Source of the DNA: Verrucomicrobia subdivision 3 bacterium UBA693
GTDB taxonomy: Bacteria; Verrucomicrobiota; Verrucomicrobiia; Limisphaerales; UBA8199
Length of the DNA: 64,000 bases
Direction: 5' to 3'
NCBI GenBank assembly: GCA_002298785.1
Contig: DBMR01000052.1
Location: 3,513 to 67,512 of the forward strand
The notes below the pieces were generated by a model. The model worked only from the letters and a program-made list of their open reading frames with translations. It made no database searches and was not told where the DNA came from. Made by a program: the position numbers and the translations under genes. The first letter of the stretch is position 1. The number at the start of each line of letters is the position of its first letter. This document shows positions 21,375 through 30,307 of this stretch, piece after piece.

Positions 21375-21535
21375 GAGGGTAACCTACAAAAAGTGGGCGG
21401 CCGCAAAAAGCCAAAACTGATAATCCCTCAAGTCTCGTTAAGCGTTGGCGCGCCGCCGCCCGAGGCGGTTCGGCGCGCCGAAGTTCAATTGCGGACGCGC
21501 TTCCGTGGGAATCCTCCGCGATTCGGGAGAAGGGC

Positions 21536-22762
21536 CTATTTCTTCTTCTGCACTTGCGATGCCACCTTCAGTCGCAACGCATTCAAGCGAATGAAACCGG
21601 TCGCGTCGTCCTGGTTGTAGGCTTTGGTGGGATCCGCTTCCATCGTGGCGATCGCAGGATTATATAGGCTGACCGGCGATTTGCGGCCCGCGACCATTAT
21701 GTTGCCTTTGTACAATTTCACGCGCACGGTGCCGGTGACGTTCTTCTGGCTCTCGGTCACGAAAGCCTGCAGCGCCAGCCGCTCGGGAGAAAACCAATAC
21801 CCGTAATAGACCAGCTCCGCGTAACGCGGGACCAGGCTGTCGCGCAGGTGCATCACTTCGCGGTCCATCGTCAGCGTTTCCATCTGTCGATGCGCGAAGT
21901 GCAGGATGGCTCCGCCAGGAGTTTCGTAAACGCCGCGGGATTTCATGCCCACGTAGCGATTCTCGACCATGTCCACGCGGCCCACGCCATGTTTGCCGCC
22001 GATCTTGTTCAATGTTTTCATGACCCCCAACGGATCAAGGGCCTTGCCGTTCACAGCGACGCAGTCGCCCTTCTTGAAATCCAGGGTCACGTATTCCGGC
22101 TTGTCGGGCGCGTCCTCTGGAAAGACGGAGAGCGTATTGAAAAAGTCGCGATACTTCAGAGCGCCGGCATCAAACCACGGATCCTCGAGAATGCCCGCTT
22201 CATAGGAGATGTGGAGGAGGTTGCGATCCATGGAGAACGGCTTCTTGGCAGAGGCCTGCACCGGGATCCGTTTCTCTTCGCAATAAGCGATCATTTCCGC
22301 GCGGCCGGGAAATTGGTCCCGGAACCGGGCTTCGCGCCACGGGGCGATTACCTGGAGTTGCGGAGCGAGAGCGGCGGCGGTGAGTTCGAACCGCACCTGG
22401 TCGTTTCCTTTGCCGGTCGCGCCGTGTGCCAGGGCATCCGCCTTCTCTTTTCGGGCCACGTCGATCATGCCTTTGGCGATGAGCGGCCGTGCGATGCTGG
22501 TTCCCAGGTAATACTGGCTCTCGTAAACGGCCGAGGCCTGGATCATCGGGAAAATGAAATCGCGGGCAAACTCCTCTTGCAGATCGGTAATGTAAATGCT
22601 GGACGCCCCGGTTTTTTTAGCCTTGGCTTCCAGCCCCTTTAGCTCTTCCTCCTGCCCAATGTTGGCGCAGAAGGCAATCATCTCCGCGTTATAGTTTTCC
22701 TTGATCCAGGAAAGCAGCACTGAAGTGTCCAGGCCGCCTGAGTATGCCAATACAATTTTCAT
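21536..22762 (-). CDS. argG: Argininosuccinate synthase
   Basis: [40 protein letters not shown]. Confidence 0.98.
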   Translation of the reverse strand: MKIVLAYSGGLDTSVLLSWIKENYNAEMIAFCANIGQEEELKGLEAKAKKTGASSIYITDLQEEFARDFIFPMIQASAVYESQYYLGTSIARPLIAKGMIDVARKEKADALAHGATGKGNDQVRFELTAAALAPQLQVIAPWREARFRDQFPGRAEMIAYCEEKRIPVQASAKKPFSMDRNLLHISYEAGILEDPWFDAGALKYRDFFNTLSVFPEDAPDKPEYVTLDFKKGDCVAVNGKALDPLGVMKTLNKIGGKHGVGRVDMVENRYVGMKSRGVYETPGGAILHFAHRQMETLTMDREVMHLRDSLVPRYAELVYYGYWFSPERLALQAFVTESQKNVTGTVRVKLYKGNIMVAGRKSPVSLYNPAIATMEADPTKAYNQDDATGFIRLNALRLKVASQVQKKK

Positions 22763-23101
22763 AGATTAATCCAAAATGTCAGGCCGAATGAAAAGCCAAC
22801 GCGCCGTGCTTGGAAAGCAGAAAGCGCGGCGATTTATGGCGAGGGATGACCGGGAAACCGGAGGCTCACGGTCCGTGGGCAGGTCTTGCATGGCGTATCA
22901 GAGCGCAGCGGGTGTGACCGCTTCTAACGGTGGTGGCGCGCGGGATTTGTCGGGTGAACTCCTTACGGTGCTGTCGGGGTGCAGCTCAAAAATCAGCTTT
23001 CCGCTACCTGATTTCAGGTAGTGCTGGGCGCAAATCCAGCATTTATTTCGTTTTTCTACCTGTTTTTGGGGATAGGCAGCCCGACCAGTTTCCCCCAGTA
23101 T

Positions 23102-23242
23102 GGGCTTGTGAATCTGGGCGTTTAAAGGCGGCCTGGGGGATGCGAAATGGGGAGGTTCTAACGGGATAAGGGAAGTCGCCAACCGACGACTTGGGGGGAG
23201 CATCAGCCGAAATGGAGCGCCCAGATTCACGCCTCCTTTTTT
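23102..23242 (+). ncRNA. Candidate structured RNA or miniature inverted-repeat element
   Basis: Perfect 13-bp inverted repeat at 23108-23120 / 23218-23230 with nested helices, followed by T6. No family assigned. Confidence 0.35.
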
Positions 23243-23287
23243 ACAGATACTTTCGCCGCACCGTTCTAAATCCGTGGATGCTTCGGC

Positions 23288-23977
23288 TCAGCGGGCTTTG
23301 GGGCGTTCTCCAAAGAGGGCGGTCCCGATCCGGACTATGGTCGCCCCTTCCTCAATCGCCACTTCAAAATCACCACTCATCCCCATGCTGATATGGGGCA
23401 GGGGCGCCCCAAGCAGTTGTTCGCACTCCTGTTTCAGAGTTCGCAGTTGGGCGAAAACCGGTCGCACCTTTTCCGGTGTTGGGGTCCATGGTGGGATGGT
23501 CATGAGACCATGGATTTCCAGGCGGGGCAGCTCATTGATCGCTTTAAACTCCTCCAGCAACTGGGCTGGTTTGTAGCCGAACTTGCTGGCTTCGCCCACC
23601 ATGTTTACCTCGAGCAGAATGGGCAGCGTTCGCGCGGCCTGGTCGGCGCGCTGGTTGAGTTCCTCCGCCAGGGCTAGACTGTCTACGCTTTCGATCATTT
23701 GAAACAGCCGCACGGCATCCCGGCATTTGTTGGATTGCAGATGGCCGATCATGTGCCATCGGAGTTTTCCTGGGCAGAGGGGAATTTTGGCTTTGGCTTC
23801 CTGCACCTTGCTCTCGCCGAAAACCGAGAGACCCAGGCGGGCAGCTTCGGCCACGGTATCCGGTGTATGTGTCTTGGAAACTGCCAGCAGCATGACGGAA
23901 GCAGGATCGCGCCCGGCGCGCGTGGCGGCGGCGCGAATGCGTTCCTGAATGGAATTTAAGTTCTCAGCCAAACCCAT
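23288..23977 (-). CDS. yggS: YggS-family PLP homeostasis protein
   Basis: LLAVSK, FGESKVQE, WHMIGHLQSNK, SMGMSGDFEVAIEEGATIVRIGTALFG. Confidence 0.96.
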   Translation of the reverse strand: MGLAENLNSIQERIRAAATRAGRDPASVMLLAVSKTHTPDTVAEAARLGLSVFGESKVQEAKAKIPLCPGKLRWHMIGHLQSNKCRDAVRLFQMIESVDSLALAEELNQRADQAARTLPILLEVNMVGEASKFGYKPAQLLEEFKAINELPRLEIHGLMTIPPWTPTPEKVRPVFAQLRTLKQECEQLLGAPLPHISMGMSGDFEVAIEEGATIVRIGTALFGERPKAR

Positions 23978-24070
23978 GCTGTCAAATTACGCGGGGAAAC
24001 TCGGGGAGAACAGGCAAAAACGGTTGGTTTCGCGCGTGACTCGACCCTGCATCCAGTTAAAAATGCCGCC

Positions 24071-24484
24071 ATGCAATATTGGCTGGTGAAACAGGAGCCG
24101 GAAGCTTACGCGTGGGCCAAATTTGTGGCGGACGGAAAGACCGCCTGGACCGGGGTGCGAAACTTTCAGGCCCGCAACAACCTGCGGTTGATGAAGACCG
24201 GGGACCGTGTGTTTTATTACCACAGTGGAACGGGCAAAGAGATTGTTGGTTTGGCCAAAGTCCTGCGGAGCGCGTATCCCGACCCGACGGCGACCGAGGG
24301 CGACTGGTCCAGTGTGGACCTTGGGCCAGAGCAGGCCCTGACATCGCCGGTGACCCTGGTGCAGATCAAAGCGGATGCCGTGCTCAAGGAAATGGCGCTC
24401 GTTAAAAACTCCCGGCTTTCGGTGCAGCCAGTCACCCCAGCGCAATTCCAGCGGGTCCTCAAGCTGTCGGAGGCGGCCCGATGA
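24071..24484 (+). CDS. EVE domain protein
   Basis: YWLVKQEP, WTGVRNFQARNNL, YYHS, SRLSVQPV. Confidence 0.95.
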   Translation: MQYWLVKQEPEAYAWAKFVADGKTAWTGVRNFQARNNLRLMKTGDRVFYYHSGTGKEIVGLAKVLRSAYPDPTATEGDWSSVDLGPEQALTSPVTLVQIKADAVLKEMALVKNSRLSVQPVTPAQFQRVLKLSEAAR

Positions 24485-25140
24485 AGCAGGTTCAGGCGGT
24501 CATTTTCGACATGGATGGGGTGATCGTGGACAGCGAGCCACGACATGAGAAGGCGTTTTTCGAGGTTATCCGGGAAATCGGCTATGGCGAGACGCACGGC
24601 ATGGTGTTCGCCGATTACGTTGGGCGCACAGACCAGGATTTATGGCAGGCCTTTGTAGCTCGCCACACGCCGCCGCATCCACTCGAGGAACTCCTGGCGC
24701 GGAAACGGGCGAAAGTGCTGGAGATTCTGCGGCGGGACCAGCCCCTGTTCCCGGGATTATACGAGTTGGTCGAGGGATTGTCGCGGCGATACCGTCTGGG
24801 ATTGGCGTCGGGGTCGGAACGGCCCATTGTAGAGGCGGTACTGGAACTGCGGGAGCTGGGACGATTTTTTCCGGTGACGATCAGCGGTTCGGATATCAAG
24901 CGGGGCAAACCGGCTCCGGACATTTTCCTGCTGGCCGCCCGGCGGATGGGCGTGGCGGCGGAGGGTTGCGTGGTGATTGAGGACTCGAAGCCGGGTGTGG
25001 CAGCTGGGTTGGCTGCCGGCATGACGGTTATCGCCATCACCAACACCTATCCACGCGAAGAACTGGTCCACGCACATCACGTGGTGAGTTCTTACGAGGA
25101 AATCGGGAGCCTGTTGTTGGGAGCCTCCGGAACCAACTGA
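24481..25140 (+). CDS. HAD-family phosphatase (beta-PGM/CbbY-like)
   Basis: FDMDGVIVDSE, KPAPDIF, VIEDS. ATGA overlap with the EVE gene. Confidence 0.93.
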   Translation: MKQVQAVIFDMDGVIVDSEPRHEKAFFEVIREIGYGETHGMVFADYVGRTDQDLWQAFVARHTPPHPLEELLARKRAKVLEILRRDQPLFPGLYELVEGLSRRYRLGLASGSERPIVEAVLELRELGRFFPVTISGSDIKRGKPAPDIFLLAARRMGVAAEGCVVIEDSKPGVAAGLAAGMTVIAITNTYPREELVHAHHVVSSYEEIGSLLLGASGTN

Positions 25141-25165
25141 TCAAATCCCGCTTACGCTGGACCGG

Positions 25166-25975
25166 TTACGGGTGGCTCTTTTTGAACTCGGCCTGGGCTT
25201 GTGGTTGCAACTGTTCTAGGTGCTTGATGCGATCGGCATCAACCGGGTGGGTGCTGAGCCAGCGTTCGAGGATGCCGGGCGGGGCTTTGCTGGTGCCTTT
25301 GGAGTCAGAAAACCGCTTCCAGAAGGCAATCGCCTCGGCGGGATCGTAGCCGCCCCGCGCCATGTAAATTAAGCCGATTTCGTCGGCCTCCGACTCCTGT
25401 TGACGGCTATGGGGCAATTCGCGGCCCATCTTGGAGCCCAGGCCGTAAGCCAGGGCGGCCGCACTTTGAACTTTCGGATCAGAGGAAGACAGGGTCGCTC
25501 CCAGGAGCTCGCCGCCCGTTTGCATCACCATGGCTTCGCTCATTCGTTCCGCACCATGATGAGCGACAGCGTGGCCGACCTCGTGTCCGATTACAGTGGC
25601 CAGGCCGGCATCGGTCCGGGCGATGGGCAACAGCCCAGTGTAAACGCCGACCTTCCCGCCAGGCAGACAAAAGGCGTTGGCTTCGGTGCTCTCAAAAACC
25701 ACAAATTCCCATTGGGCATTCGGCATGTCCGGTGCGGCTACCTGGGCGATCCGTTTGCCCACCCGTTGGACTTGTTCATTGGCCGCCCGGTCCTTGCTGA
25801 TGGGGGTGTCCTTTTTCATTTGTTCAAAGCTGGTTAAACCGAGCTGCATTTCCTGCCCGGAAGAAATGAGGTTAAGGCTTTTCCGGCCGGTGACCGGTAC
25901 CGTTGAACAGCCTTGAACCAGAAGAGCCAAGGCGAGCAGGCAAAGGATTGCCGCCAGCGTTTGTCGATATTTCAT
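25166..25975 (-). CDS. M48-family metallopeptidase lipoprotein (Oma1/LoiP-like)
   Basis: Lipobox VQGC, NAFCLPGGK, HEVGH, ESEADEIG, STHP. Confidence 0.93.
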   Translation of the reverse strand: MKYRQTLAAILCLLALALLVQGCSTVPVTGRKSLNLISSGQEMQLGLTSFEQMKKDTPISKDRAANEQVQRVGKRIAQVAAPDMPNAQWEFVVFESTEANAFCLPGGKVGVYTGLLPIARTDAGLATVIGHEVGHAVAHHGAERMSEAMVMQTGGELLGATLSSSDPKVQSAAALAYGLGSKMGRELPHSRQQESEADEIGLIYMARGGYDPAEAIAFWKRFSDSKGTSKAPPGILERWLSTHPVDADRIKHLEQLQPQAQAEFKKSHP

Positions 25976-26184
25976 AGTAACAAAAGAATTACTCACCTCA
26001 CTAAGCAACCATAACTTTTTGGGTTTTCAATCTCGCATTCACGCACCGCGCGGAAATTTTGAAGTGCCCGTAAGTGGGCAGCTTGTGGGATCGCCGTGTG
26101 AAGGAGTCTGCGTGGTAGGCTGGCGAGCATTTTCGCTGGCTGGGCGTGGCCCGGGCGGTTAGAGTGATTCCGGATACAACCGTT

Positions 26185-26574
26185 ATGAAATTGAGAATCG
26201 CCATGATGAGCCTTGCGGCCGCACTGTGCTTCGGCCTGTTTGGGGGATGCGCCCAAAACCAGGTGTCGGAATATCAGTCCACATATCACTACCCGCAGGT
26301 TTCTTCCGGCGCGCTCTTCCTCACCCTGCCGCCGGAGGTGCAGAACACGATTCGAGCCCAGACCGGTGGGGAACAAATCGACGACATCCGCAAGTTCACC
26401 AATTCCGGCGCGGTGTACTACCGGATCGAATTTCGCAAGTCCGTCTTGTATCCGCCGCTTTTCGTCGCTACGAACGGCGCGGTCTTGAACCCGGATCAGA
26501 GCGTGGCGGTGCGGGAACCTTCCGCAACCTTGAAAGAAATCAAGGGCGACGCACCGGCGCCGACCTCGCCTTAA
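26185..26574 (+). CDS. Hypothetical lipoprotein
   Basis: Signal ending FGGC. The segment LPPEVQNTIRAQTGG..IDDI resembles PepSY/BLIP-like repeats (weak). Confidence 0.7.
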   Translation: MKLRIAMMSLAAALCFGLFGGCAQNQVSEYQSTYHYPQVSSGALFLTLPPEVQNTIRAQTGGEQIDDIRKFTNSGAVYYRIEFRKSVLYPPLFVATNGAVLNPDQSVAVREPSATLKEIKGDAPAPTSP

Positions 26575-26649
26575 ACCGCAGCCACTCCACTTCGGGATTG
26601 CGTCAGGCCGGTTCGCCACCGACTGGGCAGGATAGTCGGTCCCGGGCGG

Positions 26650-27843
26650 TTACTTCGAACCCAAAAATAGCTGGGCGGCTGAGTCGGCAAACCGGAGTCC
26701 TTCTGCGGAAAGACGGAAGCGTTCGGGAGTGCGTTCTCCCCATCCGTTGGCAACCAGTTCGTCCATGGCCGCAACCCATTCGGTTCGCAGATCGCAGCCC
26801 GCCACCTGTAGAAACGTTTCAAAAGGCCACCCGGCCACCATGCGCAACCCAAAAGCGGCGGTCTCCCCCGCGCGTCCACGCGGGGACAGGCATTCGGAAC
26901 TTTCGATGGCGCGGCGGCCTTTTTCAATCTGCTCGCAATAAAGCTGGGTGTTGGCCCAGTTACGGGCGCGTACGCCGCGCACGTAGCCGGTGGCGCCGGG
27001 GCCCAGTCCATGGAAGGAGCCTCCGCGCCAATAATTCACGTTGTGGCGGCAGGCGTGCGCGGGCACATCCGGCAGCGGTGGACGGACCGGCGCGGCGGCG
27101 CGCCAAACCGGGCGCGCGAAATTGGCCACCTCATACTGCTCCAAGCCCGCGGCTCCCGCCCGCTGCACCAATTCCTCGAACATGGCGCAAGCGAGATCCT
27201 CGTCCTCCTTCACCTCACCCGCCTGGAGCTGGGCAAACAAAGCGGTGTCTTCCTCATAAATGACTTCATAAGTGGAAAGGTGTTCGCTATCCAGCGCCAG
27301 CGCCTCCGTCAACGTGGCATCCCATATCGCCAGCGTCTGACCGGGGATTGCGAACATCAAATCCAAGTTAAGATTGTCGAACCCGGCTTTGCGCAGGGTA
27401 TCCCAGGATCGGAACACCATGTCGCGGCTGTGGACCCGGCCCAGGCGGTCGAGCAGTTGTTCGTCCAGGGATTGAACTCCCATGGAGATGCGGTTAACGC
27501 CCCGCTCGCGCAGCAAACGGGCTTTATCCAGGGAGACCGTGGCCGGGTTGCACTCGACGGTGAATTCGGACGCGGGCAGGAGTCGATGCTTCTCCATCGC
27601 GTCCAGGATGTCCGTCCATTGCTTCAAGTTAAGGAGGGAGGGCGTGCCGCCACCGAAAAAGACGGATTCGAGTTTCAGGTCCGGAGCCACCCATCCCAGT
27701 TCGCGAACCAGCGCTGATACGTAACGATTAATCTCCTCTCCGGTGGAGGGCTCCGAATAAAAGGCGCAATACGAGCATTTCCGCGCGCAGAAGGGCACGT
27801 GGACGTAGAGACTTTTTATCGGGTCGCCATGGGTTTTGGCCAT
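26650..27843 (-). CDS. hemW: Radical SAM heme chaperone HemW (HemN-like)
   Basis: LYVHVPFCARKCSYC, FGGGTPS, NRISMGVQS, YEVANFA, HNVNYW. Confidence 0.9.
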   Translation of the reverse strand: MAKTHGDPIKSLYVHVPFCARKCSYCAFYSEPSTGEEINRYVSALVRELGWVAPDLKLESVFFGGGTPSLLNLKQWTDILDAMEKHRLLPASEFTVECNPATVSLDKARLLRERGVNRISMGVQSLDEQLLDRLGRVHSRDMVFRSWDTLRKAGFDNLNLDLMFAIPGQTLAIWDATLTEALALDSEHLSTYEVIYEEDTALFAQLQAGEVKEDEDLACAMFEELVQRAGAAGLEQYEVANFARPVWRAAAPVRPPLPDVPAHACRHNVNYWRGGSFHGLGPGATGYVRGVRARNWANTQLYCEQIEKGRRAIESSECLSPRGRAGETAAFGLRMVAGWPFETFLQVAGCDLRTEWVAAMDELVANGWGERTPERFRLSAEGLRFADSAAQLFLGSK

Positions 27844-27907
27844 GATCTCAGAATAGCCGATGCCGTGCCTGCTTTCGAGCCTGGAGTTTGACTCGCGCGC
27901 GCTGAGC

Positions 27908-27924
27908 GCTCCAGCTCCGGCAGG
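27908..27924 (+). repeat. 17-bp direct repeat, copy 1
   Basis: GCTCCAGCTCCGGCAGG; the partner copy is at 29354. Confidence 0.7.
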
Positions 27925-27971
27925 GCAGGACAATAATCAGGGCAATTCCCGAAGCCGCCCGCGCTCTGAGG

Positions 27972-28595
27972 CTAAGCTGAGGACAGATGGCTATCGTTTC
28001 CATATTCGTTCTGGTGCTGCCCTAACGCCCTCCAATATACCTTCAAGCTCTTGCAACGAACCATCCGATTCGCTGGAATCTGAAATAGAACCAGGCCTGC
28101 ATCCAGGATGTCGGCGCAAGCGCAAAAGGCGTTGAAGGCAGAAATGAACGCGACCCAGTCCGACGAGACTTGGGTGACAGCCGACACCAGAAGCGGAGCG
28201 ATGCTGATGATGAACAGAGGCATGAGCAGGATGGCGACCAAACGATTCCGGCTCAACTCGCCGGCATAGTGGGCGTAGAAGCCCACGGACAGCCCATAAC
28301 CAAGAATGGACTGCGGCGAGCGCCCCGCCATCGGGTGGACCAGGGTATGGATAGACTCGTGGACGACTACCATGCCCGCAAACGCGAGAAGAAAGCTCGG
28401 CAGGGACATTGTGGGCAAAATGTCCCGCAATGGTGTGAGGAGAAACCAAAGCGCGGCCACGATGGCTGCCGCGGCTACACCGATAGGCAGCAGGAGAATC
28501 TTTTCGAGCCACGGCGACGGCTGGCGCAGTGATCTCCACGAGGCGTCAGGTACGAAGTCTGGCGGGACAGGGATGGCTCCAAGATGAAAGCGCAT
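27972..28595 (-). CDS. DUF3267-like membrane zincin (HExxH)
   Basis: About 4 TM helices, VVVHESIH, ILLMPLFIIS, NAFCACADI. Confidence 0.75.
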   Translation of the reverse strand: MRFHLGAIPVPPDFVPDASWRSLRQPSPWLEKILLLPIGVAAAAIVAALWFLLTPLRDILPTMSLPSFLLAFAGMVVVHESIHTLVHPMAGRSPQSILGYGLSVGFYAHYAGELSRNRLVAILLMPLFIISIAPLLVSAVTQVSSDWVAFISAFNAFCACADILDAGLVLFQIPANRMVRCKSLKVYWRALGQHQNEYGNDSHLSSA

Positions 28596-28626
28596 GTGCA
28601 ATGAGGGGCCTGTGGCCGCCTAGACT

Positions 28627-28842
28627 TTATGGCTGACGACGCGCACTCCGCGTTCGTTTTAAGCATAGCTGCCCGTCGGGCAACTGTCGGCACCGGTTCG
28701 TTTGACCGAACGAACGGGTTCGAGCCTTCGTTCCGGCGATGGGCGGGAGTAGCATGGCCGTGAAGATTCCGATGGTGGCAAAGGCCAGCAGCAACTCGAT
28801 GATTGTAAACGCCTCGCGGCCAGGGCTGACGGATGACTGCAT
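28627..28842 (-). pseudogene. Degenerate or truncated prepilin-type (DUF1559-like) fragment
   Basis: AFTIIELLLAFATIGIFTAMLLP..KAR....TNRCRQL parallels the N-terminus of the 6754 protein and then stops. Confidence 0.55.
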
Positions 28843-29353
28843 GCTAAATTAGACGTGCATCCGCCGGTTCCATCACGTGCGCCGAACAAATACACTCAAC
28901 GATGTGCTGCTGGACTGGCCGGAGCCGCCTGACGCGGACCGGCAGGTCAGGCCCGTCCCGAAGTAGCTCCAGCGAAATCGGGCTTAGTCTCACGCAAAGC
29001 CAAGACTGCCAAGGGGGAAGGAAAACAAACAAACGGAAACCAAGAGGGTGCAGGTATGGGAGATGCATTGGTCGAAGTCGAAGGAACCGTGCGTGGGTTG
29101 GTAGTAGGCATGTGGGCCACCACGACTGAAACTTCTTCTGCGGGGGGCGGGGGATTTGGTGGCACACGACGCAAGGGTTGCGTGTCGATCGCCGCAGAAA
29201 TGATCAATTCCTGCTGGCGGGGCGGAGAATGAATTACCACGGAATACGGACTACGCGGAAGGGGAGGAGTCGGAGCGCGGGCTTCCAAGCTGGCTTATGC
29301 AGGTGCGGGTGGAAAAGCGGTGCGGACCGAGGAGATCGCACGGCGTTGTTTCT

Positions 29354-29370
29354 GCTCCAGCTCCGGTAGG
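29354..29370 (+). repeat. 17-bp direct repeat, copy 2
   Basis: GCTCCAGCTCCGGTAGG; one mismatch to copy 1. Confidence 0.7.
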
Positions 29371-29442
29371 AGCGCACTCCAGGCGGGATTTCGGCGCAGC
29401 CCGTTCTTGCTGTAGATGGCGAATTAATTCTAAGCTGGTCGG

Positions 29443-30258
29443 ATGCGTGATGCAGAGAATCCGAGGCTGGCCAAGTGGCCGTTTTTTCTCGCCGACTTGT
29501 TGCTGTTAGGCAGTGCCTACCTGGTGGTGCGACAGGGGGCGGTGCCGCTGGACTTGTGGCGGGCGGTGGTGATCGTGGCCGCCGTGGCGCTGGGAGGTTA
29601 TCTCAGCCTGCTGCCGTTTCTGAAGGAATATGAATCGGCGTCGCGATTGGCCGAGGCGGACCAGCTCCAGACCGTGACAAACCAGATGAATAATCTGGAG
29701 GTCCTGGCGGAGCAGATCACCACCGCCACGTCGCGGTGGCAAGCCGTCCAGGAAGCTTCGGAGAAGATCGTTCGCCAGTCGCAGGAAATCTCCGACCGCA
29801 TGACCTCGGAAGCCAAGGCTTTCGCCGAGTTCATGAAGAGCGCCAACGACACTGAGAAAAGCACGCTGCGGCTGGAAGTCGAGAAATTGCGCCGGGCGGA
29901 GGGGGATTGGCTGCAAGTGCAGGTGCATACTTTGGACCACATCTTTGCGTTGCATCAAAGCGGGATGCGGTCGGGGCAGCCCAACCTGATCGAGAATCTG
30001 ACGAATTTCCAGAATGCCTGTCGCGACGTTTCCCGCCGGGTGGGCCTGGGGGTTTACGCGGCGTCGGCGTCGGAACCGTTTGATCCGAAGCGGCATCAGT
30101 TGGCGGAGGGCGACCCCGCCCAGGCGTTGGGACGACCGATTGGGGTCACCGTTGCGCCGGGTTACACTTTGCAGGGACGAGTTTTGCGGCCGGCCCTGGT
30201 GCAGTTGCAGCCGGTAGAGACGGAGCCCGCAGCCCCTGAGACGGCACCGACGGCTTAG
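29443..30258 (+). CDS. Membrane-anchored GrpE-like protein
   Basis: Two N-terminal TM helices, a long coiled coil, and the GrpE beta-domain motif EPFDPKRHQ..VAPGYTLQGRVLRPALV. Confidence 0.8.
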   Translation: MRDAENPRLAKWPFFLADLLLLGSAYLVVRQGAVPLDLWRAVVIVAAVALGGYLSLLPFLKEYESASRLAEADQLQTVTNQMNNLEVLAEQITTATSRWQAVQEASEKIVRQSQEISDRMTSEAKAFAEFMKSANDTEKSTLRLEVEKLRRAEGDWLQVQVHTLDHIFALHQSGMRSGQPNLIENLTNFQNACRDVSRRVGLGVYAASASEPFDPKRHQLAEGDPAQALGRPIGVTVAPGYTLQGRVLRPALVQLQPVETEPAAPETAPTA

Positions 30259-30307
30259 TCGGATCGCCAGAATCCTCACCCGAGCTTTTGGCTCCCGGAC
30301 GGCCTCG

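Noticed and set aside
22975-23040. TPP-riboswitch-like string (GGGGTGC..ACCTGAT..GGTAGTGCTGGGCG)
   Set aside because: The CTGAGA motif and the closing AGG are absent, and it lies on the + strand with no + strand gene downstream. It is better read as two simple hairpins.
22776-23230. Short ORFs between argG and yggS
   Set aside because: No motifs, atypical composition, and they overlap the inverted-repeat structure.
28844-29350. Several overlapping 70-113 aa ORFs
   Set aside because: None has a recognisable motif or a convincing start. Treated as non-coding or decayed sequence.
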